From: Thermoproteota archaeon
GTDB lineage: Archaea > Thermoproteota > Thermoprotei > Gearchaeales > Gearchaeaceae
Assembly: GCA_041641355.1 (NCBI GenBank)
Contig: JBEPYP010000001.1
Coordinates: 1-25,237 of the forward strand
DNA: 25,237 nt
Direction: 5' to 3'
This document shows positions 17,834-25,202 of this stretch, in pieces. Every line of letters begins with the position of its first letter. The stretch's first letter is position 1. Made by a program: the position numbers and the translations under genes. The notes under the pieces are model-generated. The model was not told where the DNA came from. It ran no database searches and saw nothing but the letters and a program-made list of their open reading frames with translations.

Positions 17834-18717
17834 ATAAGAGAAAGCTTTTCGCTTTTATCAAAATAATCAGGCCTTTGAATTCTTTAATGATGGGGGTAGG
17901 TGTAATCATAGGTATTCAAGTATCAAACCCTCTCTGGTTAAATTTTCAAATAAACAGCTTTCTAGGAGAGCTCAGGGAGTTTCATCTAATTTTTTTACCT
18001 TTTTTAGTAGGTTTCTTGATCTCTTCTTCTGCGATGGTATTAAATGATTATGTAGATTACAAAACGGACCTAATAAATTCCCCTTCGAAGCCCATACCTT
18101 CTGGAATGATTTCTAGAAATTCTGCTTTATGGTATTCAATAATTTTAGCCTCTCTAGGTCTTTTGGTATCCTTCATTTTGATGAATCTCATCTCGGTAAT
18201 CATCGTAGTTATGGGTTTGGTTGTAGCTGTAGCTTACAACTTTTTCCTTAAAAGAAAGGGAATATGGGGGAATTTGGCCGTAACTTATACCACCACTCTT
18301 CCCTTCATCTATGGTTCTAGCCTAATGGGGTTTTCTAATTTTCTACCTACTTTTATATTGTGCAGTTTAGCTTTCCTATCTAATCTTAGTAGAGAGATCA
18401 TTAAAGGCATAGCTGATGTGATGGGGGACTTAGCATTAGGCATAAAAACCATCGCTAATTCTAAGGGAGAAATTTTCGCCGCGAAGATTTCTTTTGTTAT
18501 TATAATTCTTGCAGTAGTATTAAGTCCTTTGCCTTTCCTTCTAGGATATTTCAACTTAAATTACATATTCTTAATCATAATATCAGACATAATATTTCTT
18601 CATTCTTCATACAGTTTACTAAAGAATCCTAGCAAAGAAATTTCGCTTAAAGCTAAGAATAGATTCCTGTTTGCTATGCTTTTAGCTTTGGTTTCTTTCT
18701 TCTTAGCATCGATGTAG
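17830..18717 (+). CDS. Digeranylgeranylglyceryl phosphate synthase (UbiA prenyltransferase family)
   Basis: IIRPLN, NDYVDYKTDLINSPSKPIPSG, REIIKGIADVMGD...KT; multiple TM helices. Confidence 0.85.
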   Translation: MNKRKLFAFIKIIRPLNSLMMGVGVIIGIQVSNPLWLNFQINSFLGELREFHLIFLPFLVGFLISSSAMVLNDYVDYKTDLINSPSKPIPSGMISRNSALWYSIILASLGLLVSFILMNLISVIIVVMGLVVAVAYNFFLKRKGIWGNLAVTYTTTLPFIYGSSLMGFSNFLPTFILCSLAFLSNLSREIIKGIADVMGDLALGIKTIANSKGEIFAAKISFVIIILAVVLSPLPFLLGYFNLNYIFLIIISDIIFLHSSYSLLKNPSKEISLKAKNRFLFAMLLALVSFFLASM

Positions 18718-18718
18718 A

Positions 18719-20008
18719 ATGTCTGATAAAAAATTACAGCTTGTTAGAGGCATGAGGGATTTGATTTTTGAGGATGCCGAAAAGTTAGTCCATATTATAA
18801 AAGTAGCAAGAGAAGTTAGCAATAAACACGGTTATAGAGAAGTCATATTACCTACGATCGAATATTATTCACTCTTTGCAGAGAAATCAGGGTATGAAAT
18901 AAGTAAGAGAATGTACGTCTTTGAAGATCTATCGGGAAGAAAGCTAGCTTTAAGACCTGAGCTTACACCTTCTGTTGCAAGGCTTTACATAAATTCTCTT
19001 CAATCTATGCCTAAACCTATTAGATTATCTTATTTCTCTAACGTTTTCAGGTATGATGAGCCTCAAAAAGCTAGATATAGGGAATTTTGGCAAGCAGGCT
19101 TCGAACATTTAGGCTCTTACAGCTTACTAGCAGATTTGGAAGTCATTCTACTAGTATTTGATATTTTCGAGCATCTTGAGCTAAAGGATGTCAAGATTAA
19201 ATTAGGGAGTATGGAGCTTATAAAGGGAATTTTGTTAGACGCGGGCATAGAATACAAAGATTTACCTTATTTCTTGTTTTTGGTCGATAAGAAGAAATTC
19301 GATGAGCTATCTAAAGAACTAAACAAATATGATGGAGGTGTCGAGGCTTACAACCTAATTTCAGAACTTTCTAAGATCAAGGCTGATCCCTTGGATATGA
19401 TCTTAGAAGCTAAGAAGAAAGTGAAAAAAGAAAAATATCTTGAGTCCTTGGAGAAATTAGAAAGCATGATAAGATTGCTTAGAAGCGCAGGTTTTGTCAA
19501 CATAGATCTCGATCTATCATTCGCTAGAGGCTTAGAGTACTATACAGGAATTATATACGAATTTAATCACAAAGAAATCGAAGTTTCGATAGGAGGTGGT
19601 GGGCGTTATGATTCTCTCATAGAGTATTACGGAGGTCCTAAAACTCCTGCTACAGGTTGCGCACTAGGACTTGATAGGATTGCCCTAATATATAGAGGAA
19701 TTTTCAAGTCAAATCTCAAATCATTGATGATATTTTTACTGGATCAGAATGAAGATACAGTCAAGGAAGCCCTTTCATTATCCTCAAAATTAAGAAGGCT
19801 AAATATCATAACAACTCTAGATACTTCAGGTAAAAACTTAAGCGAGTCTATATCATCGGCTTCAAAACAAGGTTATGATTATTTCTTGATAATAGGAGGT
19901 AGAGAATTCAAGGAAGGTAAAGTGGTGCTTAGGAGATTAAAGGAAAAGGTTCAAGAAGAAGTTAGCTTAGAAAAGGTTTTAGATTTGTTTGAACAGCATG
20001 TCTCTTGA
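18719..20008 (+). CDS. hisS: Histidyl-tRNA synthetase
   Basis: VRGMRD, LRPELT, FRYDEPQKARYREFWQ, ARGLEYYTG, GGGGRYD, GLDR; C-terminal anticodon-binding domain. Confidence 0.97.
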   Translation: MSDKKLQLVRGMRDLIFEDAEKLVHIIKVAREVSNKHGYREVILPTIEYYSLFAEKSGYEISKRMYVFEDLSGRKLALRPELTPSVARLYINSLQSMPKPIRLSYFSNVFRYDEPQKARYREFWQAGFEHLGSYSLLADLEVILLVFDIFEHLELKDVKIKLGSMELIKGILLDAGIEYKDLPYFLFLVDKKKFDELSKELNKYDGGVEAYNLISELSKIKADPLDMILEAKKKVKKEKYLESLEKLESMIRLLRSAGFVNIDLDLSFARGLEYYTGIIYEFNHKEIEVSIGGGGRYDSLIEYYGGPKTPATGCALGLDRIALIYRGIFKSNLKSLMIFLLDQNEDTVKEALSLSSKLRRLNIITTLDTSGKNLSESISSASKQGYDYFLIIGGREFKEGKVVLRRLKEKVQEEVSLEKVLDLFEQHVS

Positions 20009-20291
20009 GGAAAAAATAAACAGATTGAAGGAACTGGCCAAGGTTAAAAAGTATTCACTTAGGATCAGCCTCAAAGGTTTAAGGTATGCCTTAGTTTTCG
20101 AGAGGACTCCAGTAGTAGAGGAAAAGTCAACCCGCGAAAGGGTTAGATGGATCCAAGTCTTCGGTAAAAGAACATTAAGCGAAGTTTTGAAAGATTTCGA
20201 GATAGAATTCATCATGCTAGAAAGAGGTGAAGAACTTCATCTTTTCAATAAGTTAGAAGAAGCTTTATCTTTCTTGGAAAGGGAAGTTTGA
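19998..20291 (+). CDS. Hypothetical protein, 97 aa
   Basis: Fills the gap between hisS (11-bp overlap) and the Rid gene (1-bp gap). ATG at 19998 is preferred. No recognisable motif. Confidence 0.6.
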   Translation: MSLEEKINRLKELAKVKKYSLRISLKGLRYALVFERTPVVEEKSTRERVRWIQVFGKRTLSEVLKDFEIEFIMLERGEELHLFNKLEEALSFLEREV

Positions 20292-20292
20292 T

Positions 20293-20655
20293 ATGAAGCC
20301 CTTAGGCCCTTATAAAATGGTTAGAAAAGCTTCGAATTTCTATTTCGTCTCAGGATTAATACCCGTATCTCCAAGCGGTGATTTAGTGTCAGAACCAGAC
20401 TTAGCTTTCAAGCAAGTGTTAGAGAATTTGAAAACAGTGCTAAATGAAGAGGGTTTAGCGCTTAGGGACATAGTAAAAGTTAACGTTTATCTTAAAGATC
20501 GAAACCTAGTGAAACTATTCAATGAAATATATTCAAGTTATTTCAAAGAAGAGCTTCCTGCAAGGTCTTTAGTTTTCGTTTCCGATTTACCCATGGGTGC
20601 AATCGTTGAAATTGATGTAATAGCATTTAAAGAGGTTTCTAAATCAAGTGAATAA
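20293..20655 (+). CDS. Rid/RidA-family (YjgF/YER057c/UK114) enamine/imine deaminase
   Basis: GPY, FVSGLIP, KQVLENL, VKVNVYL, FNEIY, PARS with the conserved Arg, VEIDVIA. Confidence 0.9.
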   Translation: MKPLGPYKMVRKASNFYFVSGLIPVSPSGDLVSEPDLAFKQVLENLKTVLNEEGLALRDIVKVNVYLKDRNLVKLFNEIYSSYFKEELPARSLVFVSDLPMGAIVEIDVIAFKEVSKSSE

Positions 20656-21707
20656 TGAAAATAATAATCGCTGGAGCAGGTCCTGCAGGTCTTACTTTCG
20701 CCTATCATGCTGCTTTAAGGGGGTTGAACGTTAAAGTATATGAAGCAAGAAAGATTTTAGCTTTTAAACCATGCGGTGAAGTCTTTGTAAAAGATGCTTT
20801 CTTAGCTCTACCTTTCAAGCCAGATTACAGGTACAAATGGATTCTTTCTGAGATAAAGTCCGTTAAAATTTATTACAACGGTGAATATTTCAAGACATTT
20901 CCTTCCCCTTTGAAAGAGAGAGGCTTAATAATAAATAAAAGACAATTCCTTCAAGATTTGGCAGATTTGGCTGTTAAAGAAGGAGCTAAAATAGAAATGG
21001 ATCATTTCTATAAGCCTAATTCTGAAGATGCAGATTTAATAGTAGACGCTACAGGATATTTGAGGCTTTCTGCGAATATTTCAAAAGAAACCTATAGAAA
21101 TTATAAGACCATTCCTGTGATGAGGGATTACGCTGAATCTAACGGGATCTTAGAAGAAGGCCAGTTGGTATTGGATTTTTTAGATAAGGGTTATTTCTGG
21201 ATTTTTCCTTACGGAAAGAAAACTTACAACGTGGGAATAGGTGGTTTCTATGAAGGGGATGAGCTTAAGAAAATATATGAAAAGAAATTGAAGGATTACG
21301 ATTTAAAAATAATAAAAGGTACTAGACAAGGAGCAAGTGTTTCAGTAGGAGGTGTTATAGATAATCAAAGAATAGGCAAGTATTACATAATAGGTGAAGC
21401 TGCAGGTTTTGTGATGCCTACTACTGGAGAAGGAATAAGATTTTCTATTTTATCTGCTTATGGTTTCTTTCATCGTTCTCCTATAACAGAAAAGATGAAG
21501 AGAAGGATAATGTTGAACTCTAAGTTACTTAAATTATTGTTGAAAATCGACCAAGGTTTGAAACGGAAATTCTTAAAGAATATTTCCGAAGATTTACTTG
21601 AAATTCTGTTGGGAGAAAGAGACATTACTATAAATGACATTCTAAGATTTTCGCTTAGAAAAGACAGTCTACTTACCTTTGTCTCTAGTTACTTGAAATT
21701 CAAATAA
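20655..21707 (+). CDS. Geranylgeranyl reductase-family FAD-dependent oxidoreductase (paralogue 2)
   Basis: GAGPAG, KPCGE, VDATG, GYFWIFP, NVGIG, GEAAGFVMPTTGEGIRFS. Confidence 0.85.
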   Translation: MKIIIAGAGPAGLTFAYHAALRGLNVKVYEARKILAFKPCGEVFVKDAFLALPFKPDYRYKWILSEIKSVKIYYNGEYFKTFPSPLKERGLIINKRQFLQDLADLAVKEGAKIEMDHFYKPNSEDADLIVDATGYLRLSANISKETYRNYKTIPVMRDYAESNGILEEGQLVLDFLDKGYFWIFPYGKKTYNVGIGGFYEGDELKKIYEKKLKDYDLKIIKGTRQGASVSVGGVIDNQRIGKYYIIGEAAGFVMPTTGEGIRFSILSAYGFFHRSPITEKMKRRIMLNSKLLKLLLKIDQGLKRKFLKNISEDLLEILLGERDITINDILRFSLRKDSLLTFVSSYLKFK

Positions 21708-21732
21708 ACGTTTAAACCCTATCTTATTTATT

Positions 21733-22221
21733 ATGCAACCTTTGCATTACATAGGTAAGAACGTAAAGATAGGTAAGAACGTAAAGATATGGCATTTCGT
21801 TTACATTGGAGATAATACTATAATAGGCGATAATGTAGTGATAGGTTCTCTCTCACATATAGATTACAACGTTGTGATAGGCAATAACGTAAGGATAGAA
21901 GGTATGGTATACATTCCTCCTTTATCTAGAATAGGGAATGATGTATTCATAGGTCCTTGTGCTATATTGACCAATGACCCTTATCCTATGAGCAAGAAGT
22001 TGGTTGGGGTAATCATAGAGGACAACGTAATAATAGGAGCAGGGGCTATGATAAGGGCAGGCGTTAGAATAGGTAAAGGAAGCGTAGTAGCGATGGGAGC
22101 TTTGGTAACCAAAGATGTACCTCCAGATTCTGTCGTAATGGGTTTTCCTGCTAAGGTTGTCTATACTAGGAAAGAATACGAGGAGAGAAAAGCTCGCTGG
22201 GAAAGGAATGAACCTGAGTAA
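21733..22221 (+). CDS. Left-handed beta-helix (hexapeptide-repeat) acyltransferase, sugar N-acetyltransferase-like
   Basis: Repeated (I/V)G(K/D/N)NVxI; IWHF; FIGPCAILTNDPYP; VVAMGALVTKDVP...GFPAK. Confidence 0.85.
   Translation: MQPLHYIGKNVKIGKNVKIWHFVYIGDNTIIGDNVVIGSLSHIDYNVVIGNNVRIEGMVYIPPLSRIGNDVFIGPCAILTNDPYPMSKKLVGVIIEDNVIIGAGAMIRAGVRIGKGSVVAMGALVTKDVPPDSVVMGFPAKVVYTRKEYEERKARWERNEPE
21751..21789 (+). repeat. Exact 18-bp tandem duplication ATAGGTAAGAACGTAAAG x2 (+ATA), encoding IGKNVK twice
   Basis: Read directly from the sequence; identical at synonymous positions. Confidence 0.95.
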
Positions 22222-22328
22222 TTTTACATTCTAACCAAACGCGTTACTTCTAATCTTTTCCTAGAGCTTTTTGGTGTTTTCTTTACAAATTGATCATGTT
22301 TTTATGTGCAACCCTTACTCTCCACAGC

Positions 22329-22399
22329 AGAGCTTTAATGCCTAACTCGGTATGATGAAACCTGACTGAAAACGAAAATCTCCCAAGTTTAGCTCTAGA
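22329..22399 (+). ncRNA. Candidate k-turn-containing small RNA
   Basis: TCGG-TAT-GATG-AAAC-CTGA-CTGA (22347-22369) fits a box C/D-type k-turn hairpin, enclosed by AGAGCT (22329-22334) and AGCTCT (22391-22396). No expression evidence. Confidence 0.35.
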
Positions 22400-22455
22400 A
22401 AGTATCAAAAGCGAAACGTGTTTATCTACTTTGAAAATATTAAATACCATAATCA

Positions 22456-22803
22456 ATGATAAAAGCTAAAAGAATTTATGACCCTCCAGCTAAAGAAGAT
22501 GGATTTAGAATATTGGTTGACAGGCTATGGCCTAGAGGAATATCAAAAAATGAAGCCAAGGTCGATTTATGGTTAAGAGAAATCGCACCCAGCGATGGTT
22601 TACGAAAATGGTTTTCTCATGATCCAGAGAAATGGGAAGAATTCAAATACAGATACGAATCGGAGCTAAAAAATAAGCAAGAATTGCTTGATGAAATCAA
22701 ACAATTAGAAAGGGAAAAAGGAATAATCACTCTTCTATATTCAGCAAGGGATGAAAAGCACAATAATGCTATTGTCTTAATCGAAGTTTTGAAGAAAACG
22801 TAG
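22456..22803 (+). CDS. DUF488/YeaO-family protein
   Basis: KRIYDP...[17 protein letters not shown]...[29 protein letters not shown]. Confidence 0.9.
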   Translation: MIKAKRIYDPPAKEDGFRILVDRLWPRGISKNEAKVDLWLREIAPSDGLRKWFSHDPEKWEEFKYRYESELKNKQELLDEIKQLEREKGIITLLYSARDEKHNNAIVLIEVLKKT

Positions 22804-22891
22804 TTACTAGAACCTTTTACCTAACTTTTTACAATGAGAAGTGTTAAATGGTTTTTCTTTATACTTAATAAGTTTTATGCTCGTTTAATAA

Positions 22892-22964
22892 CGCCCTGGC
22901 CGGGATTTGAACCCGGGCCTCAAGGGTGACAGCCTCACATTCTACCGGGCTAAACTACCAGGGC
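22892..22964 (-). tRNA. tRNA-Asp(GTC), intronless, CCA not encoded
   Basis: Acceptor GCCCTGG/CCAGGGC plus G73; anticodon arm TGAGG-CTGTCAC-CCTTG; T-arm CCGGG-TTCAAAT-CCCGG. Confidence 0.94.
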
Positions 22965-23148
22965 AATCAATTTTAGTAAGAGCGGGTCTGTTATATTAAT
23001 TTTTTGTAATTTTATTGTTAAGAAACTGATCGGCTTGTTTTTCAATTCAACGTTAGTATTGATACTACTCTAAGTGAATGACTAAAGATGATAAAGTATC
23101 TTGTTAGGCAAAAATTTGAGCTTATTGGTCAAATGCAACTATTTTTTA

Positions 23149-23223
23149 CGCCCCAGACGGGAATTGAACCCGTGACCTCTGGCTTAGAAGGCCAGCGCTA
23201 TGTCCAAGCTAAGCTACTGGGGC
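23149..23223 (-). tRNA. tRNA-Arg(TCT), intronless, CCA not encoded
   Basis: Acceptor GCCCCAG/CTGGGGC plus G73; anticodon arm CTGGC-CTTCTAA-GCCAG; T-arm ACGGG-TTCAATT-CCCGT; A20 present. Confidence 0.96.
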
Positions 23224-23483
23224 ATACAAAAAATTATCTTCGCTTCTTCTTAAATTTTTATAGAAGCTTGAGACTTCGAATCGCATTAGAACACATAAGA
23301 AATTATGTAGTCGAAGAAAAATATTCAGCCAACAATGGTTGCTAAAAATAGTGTGTTTTCAATGTAGTAATAGCACATTTTCTATTCCTATTCAACAAGG
23401 ACTTGTCCTCTTACATTCTTCACTGTATCTTCCTATTTTGAAAAGCATCATTTAGCGAATATGTAAGGTTTAATGTAGTATGG

Positions 23484-23491
23484 TTTATATT
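23484..23491 (+). promoter_or_regulatory. TATA box for the peptide ABC transporter operon (probable leaderless start)
   Basis: TTTATATT lies -31..-24 from ATG 23515. Confidence 0.55.
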
Positions 23492-23514
23492 ATTATGCCT
23501 GTATAAGTAATGTG

Positions 23515-25161
23515 ATGAACAGCAAAGCTTTAAGCCGATTAACTATAGCTTTGATAATAATCGCTGTGATTGTAGTATCAGCTGTAGCGATTTACTTGAT
23601 ACAGTTTGCAACCAAACCAACCCCTACTAAAATTTCTGTGACCTATGCTTCTTTATCTGAGATGACCTCGGCCGATCCTAGCACGGAATTCTCCAATTCC
23701 ATATTATGGATGGCTGTTGTGTATGAACCTCTTCTACTCTATGACCCACTTAATGATAAATTCATACCGGCTTTGGCGCAGAGTTATGAAAGTAGTAAAA
23801 ACGGCATGCTTTGGACCTTTCATTTAAGAAAGAATGCTAAGTTTCATGATGGTACACCTGTAACAGCATATGCTGTTAAGTTTTCTATAGAAAGAACAAT
23901 AGCGCTAGGGCAAGGTGCAGCTTTCATATGGCTACCTGTAGATAAAATTGAGACACCTGACGATTATACAGTAGTATTTCATTTGAAGTATACTGCTCCT
24001 TTGGATAAAATAGTAGCCTCCTCTTATGGAGCATGGATATTCAGCCCTAAGATTGTTGAGTATGCTCAAGCTACTAATGCTACTGATCCTAAAGTCGCTG
24101 ATTGGCTAAATAAAGGTAATGATGCTGGTTCAGGCGCTTATAGATTAGTTAAATGGGATCCTGAAAATGAAATCATATTAGAGAAATTTGATGAGTGGTG
24201 GGGTTGGAGGGATCCCTCTTATCCATTAAAATCAGACAAGGCGCCTGACTTATTCATAATTAAGATAGTTAAGGATGCCGTTACTCAAGAGAAATTGGTC
24301 GAAGCTGGAACAATAGATATAGCGCAATATGTACCTTTGACAGATGTGGATGCGTTGAAAAATAATCCGAATTTGGTGGTTGTCATAAAACCCAGTTTTC
24401 AGAATCTTATCATGCTCATAAATACAAAGAAACCTCCCTTAGATAATCCTCTCGTTAGGAAAGCAATTGCGCATGCAATACCGTATAGCGATATAGTAAA
24501 GGTTGCAAGGAATAACCTAGCGAGCGTAGCTAGTGGTCCTGTACCTAAAGGAATGTGGGGTCACTTTGACAATCTAACATATGCTTATGATATTAATTTA
24601 GCCAAGCAGCTACTTTCACAGGCCGGATTTCCTAATGGGATAGAGAGGACTTTGCTACTAACCTATACTGCTGGAGATATTTATGAGCAAAGAACCGCTG
24701 AGCTTATAAGGGCTAGCTTAGCAAGCATAAACATAAACGTTGAAATAAGACCGATGAGTTGGGAAGAACAATGGTCATTAGCTAGGACTGGTTGGGATGA
24801 ACCTACTAAGGCTCAGGATCTTTTGATCTTTTACTGGTGGCCTACGTATATAACGCCTTTTGATTTCTTGTATAACATGTTTTCTAGCGAGAGCCAGTTA
24901 TTTAACTTAGCCTACTACACCAATTCAAATTTCGATGAACTAATTTTGGAAGCATCTTATTGGGAAGGGATTGATCCTGTGAAATCTCTTCAGTTGTACT
25001 ATCAAGCTCAAAAAATTCTGTATGATGACGTACCAGCCATTCCTCTTTGGGATAGCATGGATGTAAGAGTAGCGACTAAAAGGATAGGTAATTTAGAAAA
25101 CGCAATAAATCCTGCGTATCCTACAGTTATATTTCCGCAAGTATTAAGCGTTAGTGGTTGA
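23515..25161 (+). CDS. ABC transporter substrate-binding protein, family 5 (Dpp/Opp/Nik type)
   Basis: SADPS, VYEPLL, PALAQSY, WTFHLRKNAKFHDGTPVTAYAVKFS, GSGAYRL, PPLDNPLVRKAIAHAI, AKQLLSQAG. Start is ATG 23515 or GTG 23512. Confidence 0.92.
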   Translation: MNSKALSRLTIALIIIAVIVVSAVAIYLIQFATKPTPTKISVTYASLSEMTSADPSTEFSNSILWMAVVYEPLLLYDPLNDKFIPALAQSYESSKNGMLWTFHLRKNAKFHDGTPVTAYAVKFSIERTIALGQGAAFIWLPVDKIETPDDYTVVFHLKYTAPLDKIVASSYGAWIFSPKIVEYAQATNATDPKVADWLNKGNDAGSGAYRLVKWDPENEIILEKFDEWWGWRDPSYPLKSDKAPDLFIIKIVKDAVTQEKLVEAGTIDIAQYVPLTDVDALKNNPNLVVVIKPSFQNLIMLINTKKPPLDNPLVRKAIAHAIPYSDIVKVARNNLASVASGPVPKGMWGHFDNLTYAYDINLAKQLLSQAGFPNGIERTLLLTYTAGDIYEQRTAELIRASLASININVEIRPMSWEEQWSLARTGWDEPTKAQDLLIFYWWPTYITPFDFLYNMFSSESQLFNLAYYTNSNFDELILEASYWEGIDPVKSLQLYYQAQKILYDDVPAIPLWDSMDVRVATKRIGNLENAINPAYPTVIFPQVLSVSG

Positions 25162-25202
25162 ACAGAACTGCATCTTCATAACACAAATTTTAATTTTTAT
25201 TA

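Noticed and set aside
167-20215. Antisense or nested ORFs in the track (167-511, 2542-2796, 3462-3881, 3841-4032, 4606-4809, 6241-6585, 8459-8695, 8628-8882, 9544-9816, 11054-11290, 12719-13024, 15575-15778, 17371-17562, 17655-17909, 18309-18554, 19979-20215)
   Set aside because: Each lies opposite a well-supported gene, has Ser/Leu/Phe-rich shadow composition and carries no motifs.
22352-22369. ATGATGA...CTGA read as a canonical box C/D methylation guide sRNA
   Set aside because: Only 3 nt separate the C and D boxes, with no 10-12 nt guides and no C'/D' pair. Kept only as a k-turn hairpin candidate.
23283-23318. ALEHIRNYVVEE resembles the catalytic-Tyr helix of IS200 TnpA
   Set aside because: No upstream HUH motif or W-x-x-x-Y motif, and the frame comes out of an antisense tRNA. 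A 12-aa resemblance is not enough.
23088-23345. 85-aa ORF on the plus strand
   Set aside because: It runs antisense through the whole tRNA-Arg gene (TPQTGIEPVT is the typical antisense-tRNA translation), so it is almost certainly spurious.
23394-23452. 19-aa minus-strand micro-ORF MMLFKIGRYSEECKRTSPC
   Set aside because: Too short, with no recognisable motif and no supporting context.
22804-23511. Integrated element (attL/attR) at tRNA-Asp or tRNA-Arg
   Set aside because: No duplicated tRNA 3' fragment and no integrase was seen in the window.
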